Shown here: positions 38,090-51,699 of the stretch, piece by piece | Numbering within the stretch: the first letter of the stretch is position 1 | How the letters are laid out: each line of letters opens with the position of its first letter | Assembly: GCF_006345805.1 (NCBI RefSeq) | Contig: NC_043000.1 | Span: forward strand, 620,001 to 684,000 | Direction: 5' to 3' | DNA length: 64,000 bases | Source of the DNA: Octopus sinensis | Lineage: Eukaryota | Position numbers and translations under genes: made by a program | The notes under the pieces: model-generated | Databases searched by the model: none | The model's input: the letters and a program-made list of their open reading frames with translations, nothing else | What the model was told of the DNA's origin: nothing

Positions 38090-39735
38090 CCAACATAATA
38101 TGGCAGTCCTTGATGGGACGAATGTTACTGTTGTTTAGCCCCAGGAAACGTCGTTTCCAGTTGGCTATTCGACGCAATATCTGTGTCCTTATATTTTCAT
38201 CCCATCCAGGACTTTACTTTAAAGCACTGTTACTGAATATCTCTCTTTGAGAGATTTAGAAATAATAATGTTTCTACTTTTTGCATTTATTCCTTGTCTT
38301 TTAATCTTCATTACATTTTTTACTATGTTACTTGAATAAGTTCTTTAGGCATCCCTTGAATTAAGGTAAATTGTCTTGTTCATCACATGTTTCGTAATCT
38401 TCATACGTTAACGTTGTATTTGTATATAGGAATCCTTCTGGCAACTAGATGAGTTATCATATGCCTCTGTGGAAAATAAAACACATTATTATTACTATTG
38501 TTGTTTTTGTCATTGAAGATGATAGATTGACAGCATCGTTAGAGCATTTGACAAAATACCTTATATTTTGTCTTGCAGTATTTACTCCGATTCTTAACGC
38601 TGTGAGTTCAGTTCCCGCCGCACTCAACGCTGCCTTTTCTCCAAAAAATCGATAAAGTAAAATAACAATTATGTACTAGGGGCAATATAATTGACTGTTC
38701 ATTTACTCCAAGCTACTCGTCTTGCATCTAACGGAGAAAAACGGCTGCTACTGTTAAATCTACCTGATAGCTATGGTCAGAGGGGTTGTTTGATAGACTC
38801 GGTTGAAAGGTGCGAAGATAACTAATTTCTTGTCTAACGATGCTCTCATCATTTCCTTGAAGAAGAAGCTGGTTGTAGAGAAACAGGTGAAGCCTTCTGG
38901 TGGGGTATGAGACGTTTTAGCACAACCGTTTTACCATAGCATATTTAGCATCGTTGATTCAATGCTGACATATTTGACATCGGATATTTTAGTGTTTCTC
39001 GCATTCTCTCCTTTCTTACTCCTTCTCACATCTATGTCCATATGTGTGAGTGCATTTATATTTATGTGTATAAGGAGAGAGAAAGTGTTAATACCTATCG
39101 TGTTCAATGAATCAATTATAAAGTCTCTCTGTCTCCCAATCTTTCCGTCTCAATGCACTTATTTTGAAGCCATTAATATTCTTCCACAGCAATTAAGCCT
39201 CTTCACTTCTGTTCCCTCTTCAAGAGCAACCTGTTAATATCATCTTTCGAATGGTGGACTCCATATATAGTCAACATCTTTCTAGTTTTTCTGTCAAATT
39301 TCTCTATGTCACTTTATTGTCCAATCTATAATTCCAAACCGGTACGGTACTGTTTTTGCACTTTATTGCTTCAGTAACATTTTTTTGAAATCAACTTCTA
39401 CTGTAAAATTTTTCTCACTCTCCTTGTTTACTCCCTGCCTATAATTGCTTCATAATTTCAAATTTTATTTCAGCCGTTTCCAGTATTCCCACTGTCCTTT
39501 CTCAAATGCTTCCATTCTTTGATCATTTGGCTTTTGATTCATAGGCTCCTTTCAAATCTTCCTCGTTTAATAATCAATATAGCGCACTTATCGATCCCGA
39601 ATTCTATACCTACATCTTTTGAATACATGCGAACAGTATATACAAGAATTTCACTTTGATTCTCATATTCGCATAAAATTTTATGTCATCCATAAAAAGA
39701 TGATTTATCTGATCATAAAATTTTCACAAATCGCA
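38090..39735 (-). mobile_element. R4/Dong-like element, old and degenerate
   Basis: Minus strand INHLFMDDIKF near 39700, eroded downstream ORF, 3' UTR at ~38100; starts next to (TAA)n; contains an old family C SINE (~38530-38700). Confidence 0.55.
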
Positions 39736-39742
39736 AGCTACT

Positions 39743-39773
<31 letters not shown>

Positions 39774-39788
39774 TAATAATAATAATAA

Positions 39789-39819
<31 letters not shown>

Positions 39820-39852
39820 AAGAATGATGATGATGATGATGATGATGATAAC

Positions 39853-39917
<65 letters not shown>

Positions 39918-39918
<1 letters not shown>

Positions 39919-40500
39919 CTCACTCCTCTGGAACTTCACCATTCAAACTGACAGGAAGATAGATGCAAATAGGCCAGACATCATATTGAAAGACTTCAAA
40001 CAAAGAACATGCCTCCTCATTGATATGACTGTCCCAATCGATATAAACGTATCTGTCAAAACCTACCAAAACTGAGCAAATATAAAGACCTTGAAATAGA
40101 AATCAGCAAAATGTGGAAGCTGAAGACTAAAACAATACCTGTTGTCATAGGTGCCCTGGGAATGATAGCAAAAGGGGCTGATAGCTACCTAACTCAGATA
40201 CCAGGAAACCCAAAAATGGCAGAAGTTCAAAAGATAGTGCTCATGGGAACTGCTCATATCCTACGCAAAATACTCTCTATGTAATCTCAATGTTTAAAAC
40301 AAACATAATTTTCGGTTTAAAAAAAAAAAAAAAAAAAACTTTTTTTTTTAGTCATTCATTAGTACAACATTCCCACCCCCCAAATATATGGCACACTAGG
40401 CATAACAACAACATGAACTTCCAACCCTGTTGTCTCTTGAGGTCTCTGGGTGAGACTTGGAGCCAACTTGTACAAATATAAAGCAAAAGTCAAACATAGA
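39918..40500 (+). mobile_element. R4/Dong-like 3' fragment (RLE domain + 3' UTR)
   Basis: LLWNFTIQTDRKIDANRPDIILKDFKQRTCLLIDMTVP..KYKDLEIEISKMW..IPVVIGALG..VLMGTAHILRKILSM*; flanked by (TAA)n on both sides. Confidence 0.9.
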
Positions 40501-40529
40501 ATAATAATAATAATAATAACAACAATAAG

Positions 40530-40750
40530 TGCACTTGGAAGTATCAGCACTCAACTACCATCATGGGTGAAAATCTTCGCAGCCAGTTTGAAGGCAGAAC
40601 AGCTAAAAAATTAGCATTGTTTGGACCTGCAAGAATTCTTCGCAAGGTTCTTGAAGCATGACAAGTAAACAAGTGTCACCTTAGTCTGTTGGCTGTGGAC
40701 AGCTGACATTTTTCCATCATACCCGGCAAAATAATCTGTGAGTGTTCGCA

Positions 40751-40760
<10 letters not shown>
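40530..40760 (+). mobile_element. R4/Dong-like 3' fragment, second subfamily
   Basis: ALGSISTQLPSW...LALFGPARILRKVLEA*; preceded by (TAA)n. Confidence 0.65.
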
Positions 40761-40804
<44 letters not shown>

Positions 40805-40986
40805 AAATAAAAATAATAATAATAACAACAACAACAACAAAAAAGACAGCACCAATAATAATTGCTTTTGTGGTCTTAAAAATAGTTTACACTGTCTTTA
40901 AATCTCCCTTTTGGAGTATCTTCCTTACTTTCTTTTTTACTTTACAGGTATACACGCTCTCTCTCTCTCTATCATGCTTTCTTTCC

Positions 40987-41027
<41 letters not shown>

Positions 41028-41169
41028 GAGTGAAAGAGAGAGTGAGAAAGAGGGTGAGAGAGAGGGTACGAGAGAGAGAGAGAGTGAAAGAAATAATAAT
41101 AATAACAACAATAATAATAATAATATAATAATAATAATATAATAATAATGATAATAATGATAATAATAA

Positions 41170-41575
41170 TAAAAATAGACGGCAATTCAGCTTCAGTCCA
41201 GCTATAAATACCTGGGAATACTTGAGGCAGAGGGAATCAATCAAAATGACATGAAGGAAAAGGCAAAAGAGAGTACGTGAGGCGAGTGAGGCTTCAAAGT
41301 GTGACTTCGAAGCTAAATGCCAGAAACATAATTTTGGCAATAAAAATTCGCGCACAGTCGCAGTAGTTTGGTACGGCGTTGGAATCCTGAAATGGACGGA
41401 GGAGGAAGTAAAGGAGATGGACATGAAGTCAAGAAAGCTTTTAACGGATACATGGGGCCCCATCATCCGCGTGCGGGTACGGATCCTCTATACTTTCCTG
41501 ATTAATCTGGCTGTGTCAAGGAGGCAAACATCTTGTGACAGTTCTACTGGGTACTCTAATCCAATTTCCTTTATA
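41170..41575. mobile_element. Two joined R4/Dong-like fragments in opposite orientation
   Basis: Plus 41170-41460: YKYLGILEAEGINQNDMKEK..GILKWTEEEVKEMDMKSRKLLT; minus 41465-41575: IGLEYPVELSQDVCLLDTARLIRKV*. Confidence 0.7.
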
Positions 41576-41650
41576 GTTGTTGTTGTTGTTGTTGTTGTTG
41601 TTCTTCTTCTTCTTCTTCTTCTTCTTCTTCTTCTCCTTCTTCTTCTTCTT

Positions 41651-41720
<70 letters not shown>

Positions 41721-41752
41721 TATTATTATTATTATCACTATTATTATCATTA

Positions 41753-41783
<31 letters not shown>

Positions 41784-41884
41784 GATAATTATTATTATAA
41801 TTATTATTATCATTATTATTATTATCATTATTATTATTATTATAATTATTATTATCATTATCATTATTATTATCATTATTATTA

Positions 41885-41925
<41 letters not shown>

Positions 41926-41949
41926 GTCATTATTATTATCATTATTATC

Positions 41950-42015
<66 letters not shown>

Positions 42016-42029
42016 GTTATTATTATTTT

Positions 42030-42574
42030 CATTAGCATCTTCTTTCAATTCTGATTCCATTTCTTGCCGAGTGTCTTGCTGACATCTAGGCAGAGAGACG
42101 TACTGTATACATTGGTAGGCCATTAAAACAAACACACCAGATTGTTCATTTACAGAGTCATGTGACAGGGAAAAAGAGGGAAGACAGGGAGAAAAAGGAA
42201 AAAAAATAGAGAAGTAAACAAATAAATAATGGGGTAAAAGTAAAGAAAATTCACAGCGACAATGCTCTTCTCAATACGTGTGACGTACCAGTTAAAACAA
42301 CCTTTTGCACTTCCTGTATGGATGGTAAGCCAGGGATCATGTAGATATTGATCAAATCTGTCATGTCTTGATTTGTACTCTACAGGTGCTAAAACGTTTA
42401 ATCCAGAGATTAGGTGGTCGACTGTTTCTATCCCATCGTTGCAGTGCCGGCAATTTGGGTCTACACCATTTTTCATCACATTGGCTTGATAGTTCCGGGT
42501 CAATAAACTTTGATTTTCGGTCGTCAAGATAAAGCCGTCATTCTCTGCCTTTAGCCCTGAGCACATTGTTATCA

Positions 42575-42650
<76 letters not shown>

Positions 42651-42754
42651 AATTATTATTATCATTATCATTATTATTATCATTATTATTATCATTATTA
42701 TTATTATTATTATTATTTATTATTATTATTGTCATTATTATTATCATTATTATC

Positions 42755-42805
<51 letters not shown>

Positions 42806-43373
42806 TATTATTATTATTGTTATTATTATTTTCATTAGCATCTTCTTTCAATTCTGATTCCATTTCTTGCCGAGTGTCTTGCTGACATCTAGGCAGAGAA
42901 ACGTACTGTATACATTGGTAGGCCATTAAAACAAACACACCAGATTGTTCATTTACAGAGTCATGTGACAGAGAAAAAGAGGGAAGACAGGGAGAAAAAG
43001 GAAAAAAAATAGAGAAGTAAACAAATAAATAATGGGGTAAAAGTAAAGAAAATTCACAGCGACAATGCTCTTCTCAATACGTGTGACGTACCAGTTAAAA
43101 CAACCTTTTGCACTTCCTGTATGGATGGTAAGCCAGGGATCATGTAGATATTGATCAAATCTGTCATGTCTTGATTTGTACTCTACAGTGCTAAAACGTT
43201 TAATCCAGAGATTAGGTGGTCGACTGTTTCTATCCCATCGTTGCAGTGCCGGCAATTTGGGTCTACACCATTTTTCATCACATTGGCTTGATAGTTCCGG
43301 GTCAATAAACTTTGATTTTCGGTCGTCAAGATAAAGCCGTCATTCTCTGCCTTTAGCCCTGAGCACATTGTTA

Positions 43374-43375
<2 letters not shown>
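42030..43375 (-). mobile_element. Internally deleted Dong-like element, tandemly duplicated (42030-42575 and 42835-43375)
   Basis: SGLKAENDGFILTTENQSLLTRNYQANVMKNGVDPNCRHC..RHD fused directly to the C-terminal tail (RLE domain missing); two near-identical copies separated by (TAA)n. Confidence 0.85.
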
Positions 43376-43389
<14 letters not shown>

Positions 43390-43450
<61 letters not shown>

Positions 43451-43990
43451 TGAGAGAGCAGTGACACTGGGGTAAAATACACGAAGCCCAGTACACCCAT
43501 CACAACTACCCGTCTGATAAGGGTACACTAGGCACATGCATCACAACCATGTGTGCCGAACATGGTGATCTCATATCAAGATAAATAGCACATGACCTTG
43601 CAGGTGGGGCCCAGTTAGAATTATCTTCTGGTCGAGTAGCCCATCCCGCTCAAAAGTTCCCTGAATAAGGTTGTTTAAGGTTGTTGAACGAAACACCCAT
43701 GTTTCCAGAGTTGAATTATTCGAACTCCCAAAAGATCCCTCTCAACACACGGCTATGATGCTCCCCCACTACTTCTGCTCGTTATCAGAGATGCACATAT
43801 CGTCAGCCACTAAGAGACATGCTCAACTGGTTAAGGTCAAACAACTGACAAGCAAATCTGTGGTATTGAGCAGAGTATTTGCTGTAGCCCATCTTTTATA
43901 CCAAGACAAAACAATGTACATGATAACACTTCCAATCAGTTTAGATCAGAAAGCACGAGAGCCACTGCCTGGTATTGCATCAGGGCAATT
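43390..43990. mobile_element. Unclassified ~600-bp interspersed repeat in (TAA)n
   Basis: Complex sequence between TAA tracts; GACATGCTCAACTG..CAACTGACAAGCAAA recurs at ~46355-46400. Confidence 0.5.
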
Positions 43991-44038
43991 ATTATTATTG
44001 TTGTTGTTGTTACTATTATTATTATTATATTATTATTA

Positions 44039-44086
<48 letters not shown>

Positions 44087-44107
44087 CATTATTATTATTA
44101 TTATTAC

Positions 44108-44150
<43 letters not shown>

Positions 44151-44239
44151 GTTATTGTTATTATTATTATTGTTGTTGTTGTGTTGTTGTTGTTGCTGCT
44201 GATGTTGCTGCTGCTGCTGTTGTTTTTGTTGTTGTTGCT

Positions 44240-45740
44240 ATTTCTAACACACACAACTTGTTGCTGGAAGTGAATGTATCAGCTGTTCGCTTTCCATGTA
44301 TAAAGGTGATACTTTCTTTTCAAGTCTCGAGAACTTTTCAGAGACTCTTCGTGCTGCCAAATAATGCAATTTTTCTGGGTATGCTCCATTTTCATTTTTA
44401 TTTGTTATCATTGTCTATCAATTTTTAATTTTTTTTACATACTGTATCTAGAGCATCAATAATTATTGGCGCACTATACATTTCTTTCATTGACCACTTC
44501 ATTCTTATTTCCTTCACAGAGCTTCCTATTGCGTCAGTTTTTCTCCTTTTTCGTGATGTCTATGATCAGGAATAATATTTTTCCTTGTCTACCAGTACAA
44601 TTTCGGGTTGCCAATGTTTGTTTCTATGATCCCATTGAATCATAAAGTCCACAAAGATCTTTACACTGTAATTTTCTACTACACTCTTTGATTCATGCTC
44701 CTACCATTTTCTCGCTCTTTCCAATCCAGGTTTATTACCACATACTTCCCGCTGGACCATTCTGGCGATATTGTCATGACTTTTCTGGTATTCTCCCCGG
44801 CAAATTTGCTGCATTGTCTTAAAATATACTATACTGTCTCTCCAGCATCACTACACATCCTTCACCTACATCCAATATGCCCAGATATTTGCATTATTCC
44901 TTATCTGTTCTCTTTATTAACATCTTTTTCAGCCCAAATTCTATTCTAATGTCCACGCTAAAGCAATGCATTGATTAAATCAGTGAATTCAGCTGGCTTT
45001 CTTTCTCATAAAATCTTAGGTCGGCCATAAAAAGGAGATAATTGATCTCATCTATACTTTCTTTGAACTCATGCCAAGCTTTTGCGCTTCTCAAATTCCA
45101 TATCAGCGGTATCATAAACACTGCAAACAGTAATAGTGATAAGCTATCTATTTGGCAATGTTGAAGAAATCCACGTTTTGCCTCCCCATTGTGAATTCCT
45201 CTCTTCATACTTTGGCTCAATAGATTCACGATATCGTGTGCGATTCCAAATATTTTTCTTTCCAGTCGTGTGTCCATGTCATCCCTAAGTAGGTTTTGCG
45301 ATTTTTGCAGTCTTTCGGTACTGGCATATCTATCAACAGTTGTTCTTTCCTTCCTCTGCATCTACGTTTGCACCCGTTTTGCTTTTCAGGTAAAATGCTA
45401 TTTTAGGGCCCATGAACACATGCATTTCATCTGCCAGTATTCTGGTTAACAGCTTTCATATGATGGGCAGATTATCGGCCTGAAGTTGTCAATCGCATTA
45501 CTCTTCCTGTTTTTTTTTCTCTGTCACAATACTGCTCCACCCCTGGTCATCTGATCTGGAATTTCTTTGTGGTCCTCAAGTAATGTGCTTAATTGTCTCA
45601 TCATCCTTTCGTGGTACTCTGTAAATTTCTTCCACCAATACTCCTGTATCTCATCTGGGTCTTCTGCTACCCGATTGTTTATCTTTCTACATACTCGCTG
45701 AACATCCTGAACATCATCTTAAATGTTTTCTGGTTGATGT
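44240..45740 (-). mobile_element. R4/Dong-like element, degenerate with deletions
   Basis: Minus strand RPIICPSY(E), [53 protein letters not shown]; 3' end at the TAA/TTG tract. Confidence 0.8.
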
Positions 45741-45764
45741 TTTATATTAGTTTCTTTGATGAAG

Positions 45765-45990
45765 GCGTCGAGCTGGCAGAACCGTTAGCACGCCGGGCGA
45801 AATGCTTAACGGTATTTCGTCTGCCGTTACGTTCTGAGTTCAAATTCCGCCGCGGTCGACTTTGCCTTTCATCATTTCGGGGTCGATAAATTAAGTACCA
45901 GTTACGCATTGGGGTCGATGTAATCGACTTAATCCGTTTGTCTGTCCTTGTTTGTCCCCTCTGTGTGTAGCCCCTTGTGGGTAATAAAGA
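45765..45990 (+). mobile_element. Family C SINE
   Basis: AAGGCGTCGAGCTGGCAGAACCGTTAGCACG...GAGTTCAAATTCC...GTCGACTTTGCCTTTCATC. Confidence 0.85.
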
Positions 45991-46419
45991 AACGGATGTT
46001 GCGTAGCCACTCTGCGTTAGTGTTGTGTGTTTACTGTCTCCCATATCTTATTCAAGAATATTTTACTTTTTCTTGCAGTTGAAGTGAATGTACTTTTGTT
46101 TCTCCATTTACTTTCAAGTTAATTCTTTCTTGGTCAGTTTTGAAGAATCGGTTTCGTCGGTACAGTTCGATTCTCAAAATTAAGGTTCAGGGAGATTCTG
46201 TCCACTATCTTTATTCCATGAATAAGGTTTGTTTAAGAATAATGAACGGAAAACAAACATCTCCAGGGGTAAATTATTAAAATCCCAATGAATACCTCTC
46301 AGCAGCCCCACTATTCCTGCTTGTGATCAGAGATGGGTATATCATCTGCTACTAACGGACATGCTCAACTGCTTCAGGTAAAGCAACTGACAAGCAAACA
46401 TATCATTGTTATTAATATT

Positions 46420-46565
46420 TTTCTTTATTACAGGTTTTGTTGGTGCTCCTGGAGTTTTACATGTGTAGCGGGATTACTACCTGCAGCCTATGGGACCATG
46501 TTATCCATTCTTTTCAGCTATTCAATACTTTTCTGACTATTCTGGCCGTGCCAAGGAGGCAAACC
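46420..46565 (-). mobile_element. Dong-like extreme 3' fragment
   Basis: Reverse complement encodes (L)LGTARIVRKVLNS* followed by UTR. Confidence 0.5.
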
Positions 46566-47184
46566 CTTTCCCCTTTCAGACCTGTCCGTCGTCGTCGTCG
46601 TCATCGTAGTAGTAGTAGTAGTAGTAGTAGAAGTTGTGGGCTATTTTTAGCCATAAATCAAATAATGTGACATTATGAAGCATATGACGGACGGACAATC
46701 TATCCCCTTGAAGATCACCGCAAACGAACTCATACAAACACATCCAATCACATACACACGCATACAGACATCAATATAAATAACTAGACACACGCATTCA
46801 CATTTACACCTACACACACACACACGGATATACACACTCACGGACCTTCACATGCACGCACGCACACTGGCTTCTTCCTGACGCAATATAGAGAAACCCT
46901 TATTTTTGTATGCCTAGTGTAGGGGACATTATGGTTTATGTCCACTTTGCATTGTTGTCACTATGTTGATTCATCAGGGAGAGAAATATGTTAAATACGT
47001 TAATAATTTATGGCGATGGCGGTGTTCAAGGGGCTGCACGTATGAAGTGTGACGTTGGGACGTTAGGGCGGTAGAGGCATCTCTGGTAAAAACATTCACA
47101 GCGCCATTGTTTTCTTTTAAAATGTTTCACCTTCTTTACACAACCACCACCACCACCACCACCACCACCAATAAAAAGGAAACC

Positions 47185-47236
<52 letters not shown>

Positions 47237-47453
47237 CTACTACTACTACTACTACTACTAAGTGCTACCGTCTCCCAATCAGTAATAATAGTAATAACAA
47301 CAACAATAATAAATAATAATGTTGCATAATCAGTAACTGAACGATACCAAAAAAAAAATAATAATAAATAAATAAATAAATAGAAGCAAAACTACTATAA
47401 AAATGTGGCGTTCATCGATTTTTGTAATGATGATGGTAATAATAATAATAATA

Positions 47454-47498
<45 letters not shown>

Positions 47499-49262
47499 CA
47501 ACAAAAATGACATCACCAATAATAATTGCTTTTGTGGTCTTAAAAATAGTTTACACTGTACTCATTCGTCTTTAAATCTCCCTTTTGGAGTATCTTCCTT
47601 ACTTTCTTTTTTACTTTACAGGTATACACGCTCTCTCTCTCTCTATCACGCTTTCTTTTCTTCTCTCTCTCTCTATATATATAGAGAGAGAGTGAAAGAG
47701 AGAGTGAGAAAGAGGGTGAGAGAGAGGGTACGAGAGAGAGTGAAAGAGATAAAGAGAAAGAGAGGGAGGCCTTGGTTAAGGTCGATCAGACCAAATATTT
47801 CAAAAACAATATTGAACTGTACTCACGAAGGACATTTTTGAAAAATGTATCTTAAATGCACTTAAATCAACTCAAACGTGCCAAAAAATGCAAGCACAGC
47901 CCATACACGTTATTTCAGTGTTAGTCATATTGTCTCTTTAGAACATTGAATGTGAAACGAAATAAAGATTGTACGCTACCTAATGACAATCAGAAATGTT
48001 GAAGTAAATTTAAGTACACTTTTAAAATATGCTTTCATTATATTCTTTTAAAAAATACAATTGTTGATGAGGACTCTTTACAAGGTAAATTTAGAACATA
48101 AATTTTCACTGTAGTATGCACATTTATTTTTAGTATAACAGACTATAAAAATCTCTTATATGAATAGTTTTATTCAACACCTACATACATGTATTTACGT
48201 GTAATGCGAGTGTGACTGTGTTATATATATGTATGTGTGTGTATAGACAGATAAAGAGAGAGAGAAAGTGAGATTGATATATATATTAGTCAAATATACT
48301 GTATTATAGATCTATTACTGCTGTTCATATAAATCGGTTTCGTACTGGGAACTAAAACCGGATGTTAGATAGTATCACAGTTGATACTGCGTGCTCTTCA
48401 GTGGTGTGAGATATGAAAAAAAAATGCGTTGTAATACATTTTTCCATACCTGCTGTCTCTGCTGTGCACGCTGGGTTACTTAATGTTGTTGTTATTTAAT
48501 GCCGTTTATAGTACCCATTGCGAAGCCGATGGAGAAGATTTGCGATGATAGAAATATAATGCTGTGTACTTAGTTTAATGTACCTATTCTATAGACAAAT
48601 ATAGGAGTGCATCTTTTTCCTGACTTGTGGATTCCTAGACAATTATATAAATATATGTAAACGGGAGATCGAAAGAGAGAGAGAGAGAGATAAGTCGTAG
48701 GTTATCTGTTCATAGAAACATAGATCGCGTACAATAAATAACTCCAAGTTCTAAGTTTGTATATCAATATAGTTTATTTCAAACATGAATCCATCCAGGC
48801 ACGTTTTCTTTTGTCTCAGATTATACTCAAATTTCTGGAGAATCTTTGGGTGAAGCATAAAATACTTTAATCCATCCCATACTTCAGCAGTATTTGATTT
48901 CGTCCTAAGGGTTTGAAAGGCAAAGATTACCTCAGCGTGATTTGAATTCAGAAAGTAAACTAACTGAAGATTTTTTCCAAGTAGCCCACGGTGGGATTCG
49001 AAGTCGGAATGCAAACAATCCAGTCCTAAGTTCTTACAGCTTCACCAGTCCATCTCTTTGGATTGGTACTGTTTTATCAGTTCCGAAGTAATAAACATTA
49101 AAATTGACCTCGGCAGGATTTGGATTCAAAATGAGGTGAGTTAGAACAAATATCACGGTCTGATACCCCAATTCTCCTGTATATAATCACTCAGTCTATT
49201 AGAAACAGCAAGCAAATATTCCTCACATTACAACAAACCAGAATAATAATGGAATGACTTAA

Positions 49263-49407
49263 TAAAAGGTTGTCCCAAAAGTTCGTAGAAAGTCTTGGAA
49301 AATAATGGTCTTTATTTTGAGGAATAATTTTTGTTGTTTTTGTTAGTACTTGGCGAGTAAAAATTCAATTTTCGCAAGTGTTTACGAACTTTTGGGACAA
49401 CCTAATA
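49263..49407. mobile_element. mariner-type MITE
   Basis: Perfect 21-bp inverted repeat AGGTTGTCCCAAAAGTTCGTA (49267-49287) / TACGAACTTTTGGGACAACCT (49383-49403), ending CAACCTAATA. Confidence 0.85.
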
Positions 49408-50544
49408 ATAAAGTTCTAGATACATAACGCCTTAAGATGGGATGGTCATATCGGAGTGTCTTTTATAGTAGGTCTGTTAGCTCATGATTTAGCCACCAAA
49501 TGACCCTTAAACGACATCTTAAAGAAAGAAGGATATACTAGATAATTATGTCCAAGATATGGTCAAAAGTAAAAGATGGGATGGTCATAACTAGAACAAC
49601 TTTGGTTATAGATCTAATTCATTAGGGCTGACCAAAAGCTGAACAAAACACCAATAACCATAACAACACTTATTTCCTTCATCAAAAGAAGTTTCAGATA
49701 TTCGCATTTCTCTGCTTGTGACCCTTGAATTTATATAATTACATAACTGACGCCATCTTTCTTTTCGAATATCACCCTTTGAAACACTAGATATAAATCT
49801 GGTTAGAAGCTTAACGTATCAAAGCACGTTTATTTCTCAATTCCTCACAGCTTAGATTACAAACCTTTTTGTTCTTAGCTTTATTGATTTCTCTTTAAAA
49901 CAATTCCGATATGCCAATCGGAAACATCACTTAAAGAACGTCCCAATGGATCTGTAATGCAGTTGTATCCTCCTTCTCACTAATCAAATACGCAGTCGAA
50001 ATAAATATTTTCTTTCATTCTCTTACATTCTATTATACGTGGAAGTTGTATTTCTATCTCCTCGTTTCACGTGTCCTTTTCTTTTTGTCATTTACAGTTA
50101 ATACGATTTTGTGGACGAAAGCTGATTAGTAGAGAAGTGTTTTTGACGAGTCGAGTTCGAGATCTTTTACAGTCCCAGTTATAAAAGTTCCCTCATTCCC
50201 ATTTATTACTCATAGATCTATATTACACCTCCGCGTTCGAAATACGATGAAGTTGACATTGCTTTTCATTGTCAGAGATGGGTTTCGATGAAATAACTTC
50301 TAACAATCTACAAGGACCGATATATATATATATTGATTGATTGATTGATTGTTCTCCTCACTGAACTTTGAGTCCTTAATCCTAAACTAGGCTATAGAGT
50401 GAGTATTTACAACAGATAAGAGAACAAGTTCAAGATAGAATAGAAAATGAAAATGGGAGCGTCAAAAAAAGAATTAAAAAGCCCTGTAAACATATGGCTA
50501 AATTCTTTAAAATTTTAAAATTGTTTCAGCTTTAAAGCTGCGGT

Positions 50545-50920
50545 AGTGCTGGGACACACAACACTGGTGACATGAATATTCTCTGTAATTATTGTGAAGC
50601 TCTTAGATTTATAAAGGAAACTCTGAAATGCCGAGAGAATGGAAAATTCATGCTCCCTTACTTACAACCTTATCAGAAGAACTGAAAGATGTTTTTAAAT
50701 GAAAATAATTCTAAATATACAATTTTAAAAGAAACATTAATTTTTATGGTTCTTGTAATGGTTTGGAGCAAGTCTAGAGCATTCGTTCGTGATATGGGCA
50801 ATGGTTTCATCTACTCTATTGCAGATGTGGCACAATGGAGACACTTGCTCATTCCTAAGGTTGACCCTCCAGTTCGTGCCCAAACCTTGGTTTTGCGCTG
50901 CCAGTATAGTGCTCTCGGTC
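50545..50920 (+). mobile_element. Helitron RepHel N-terminal remnant
   Basis: GDMNILCNYCEALRFIKETLKCRENGKFMLP resembles the Helitron motif G.M...C.HC.AL.F..E....CC.NGK..LP. Confidence 0.55.
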
Positions 50921-51359
50921 TCTTTTTATAGAATTCCTTTCATCAGCCAACCCCACCTATTTTTTCCAGCAACTTCTGTTGTGGCTACCAACCATCTAAA
51001 AAATGCATTTACAGTGTAATTTCCACGGGTGCTGCTAGTTATTGTTAATAAATTTTTAATGCTAATCCATAAAAGGGAACATTATAGAGAAAACGGTAAT
51101 TCTCTGAATCAACATTAGTCGCTCGATTGATTTGTGAATTACAGATGTGATGCGATACGAACCTTTTTTAAAGTCATTAATAAAGCCATTTTTCTATCTT
51201 CAGTAACGTCTGTCTTCAAATAAAATTTTTTGCGTCAACATCTGGGGCAATAAACCACTCGAGCACGTCATTCTGTTAACCAATATGGGAACTGCTGAGC
51301 TGATATTGTTATATGATGATCACAACCACAACGTCGTTGTTGTCGTCGTCGGCGTCATC

Positions 51360-51391
<32 letters not shown>

Positions 51392-51432
51392 TGTGGCAGC
51401 AGCAGCAGCAGCAGTAGTGGTAGTAGTTGTAA

Positions 51433-51471
<39 letters not shown>

Positions 51472-51699
51472 ATACTGCCTATGTAAGCTCTGTCGAGAAT
51501 AATCCTTACAAAATTTCGATCAATTTTCCCCAAATTTGTACGGTTTCATTTCCAGCTGTTAAAGATTATTCCCATTCAGAGGCATTTCGATTGAATTCCT
51601 ATGGAGTTATTTGACGTATTTTATAACTAAAAGCTGATTAGTTTTTAGTTATGCTTATTTATTTAATTTGAGTGATACATCTTTTTTTCTTCACTATTT

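Noticed and set aside
41488-42135. Poly-N/I/R/T 215-aa ORF
   Set aside because: Trinucleotide repeats fused to Dong termini.
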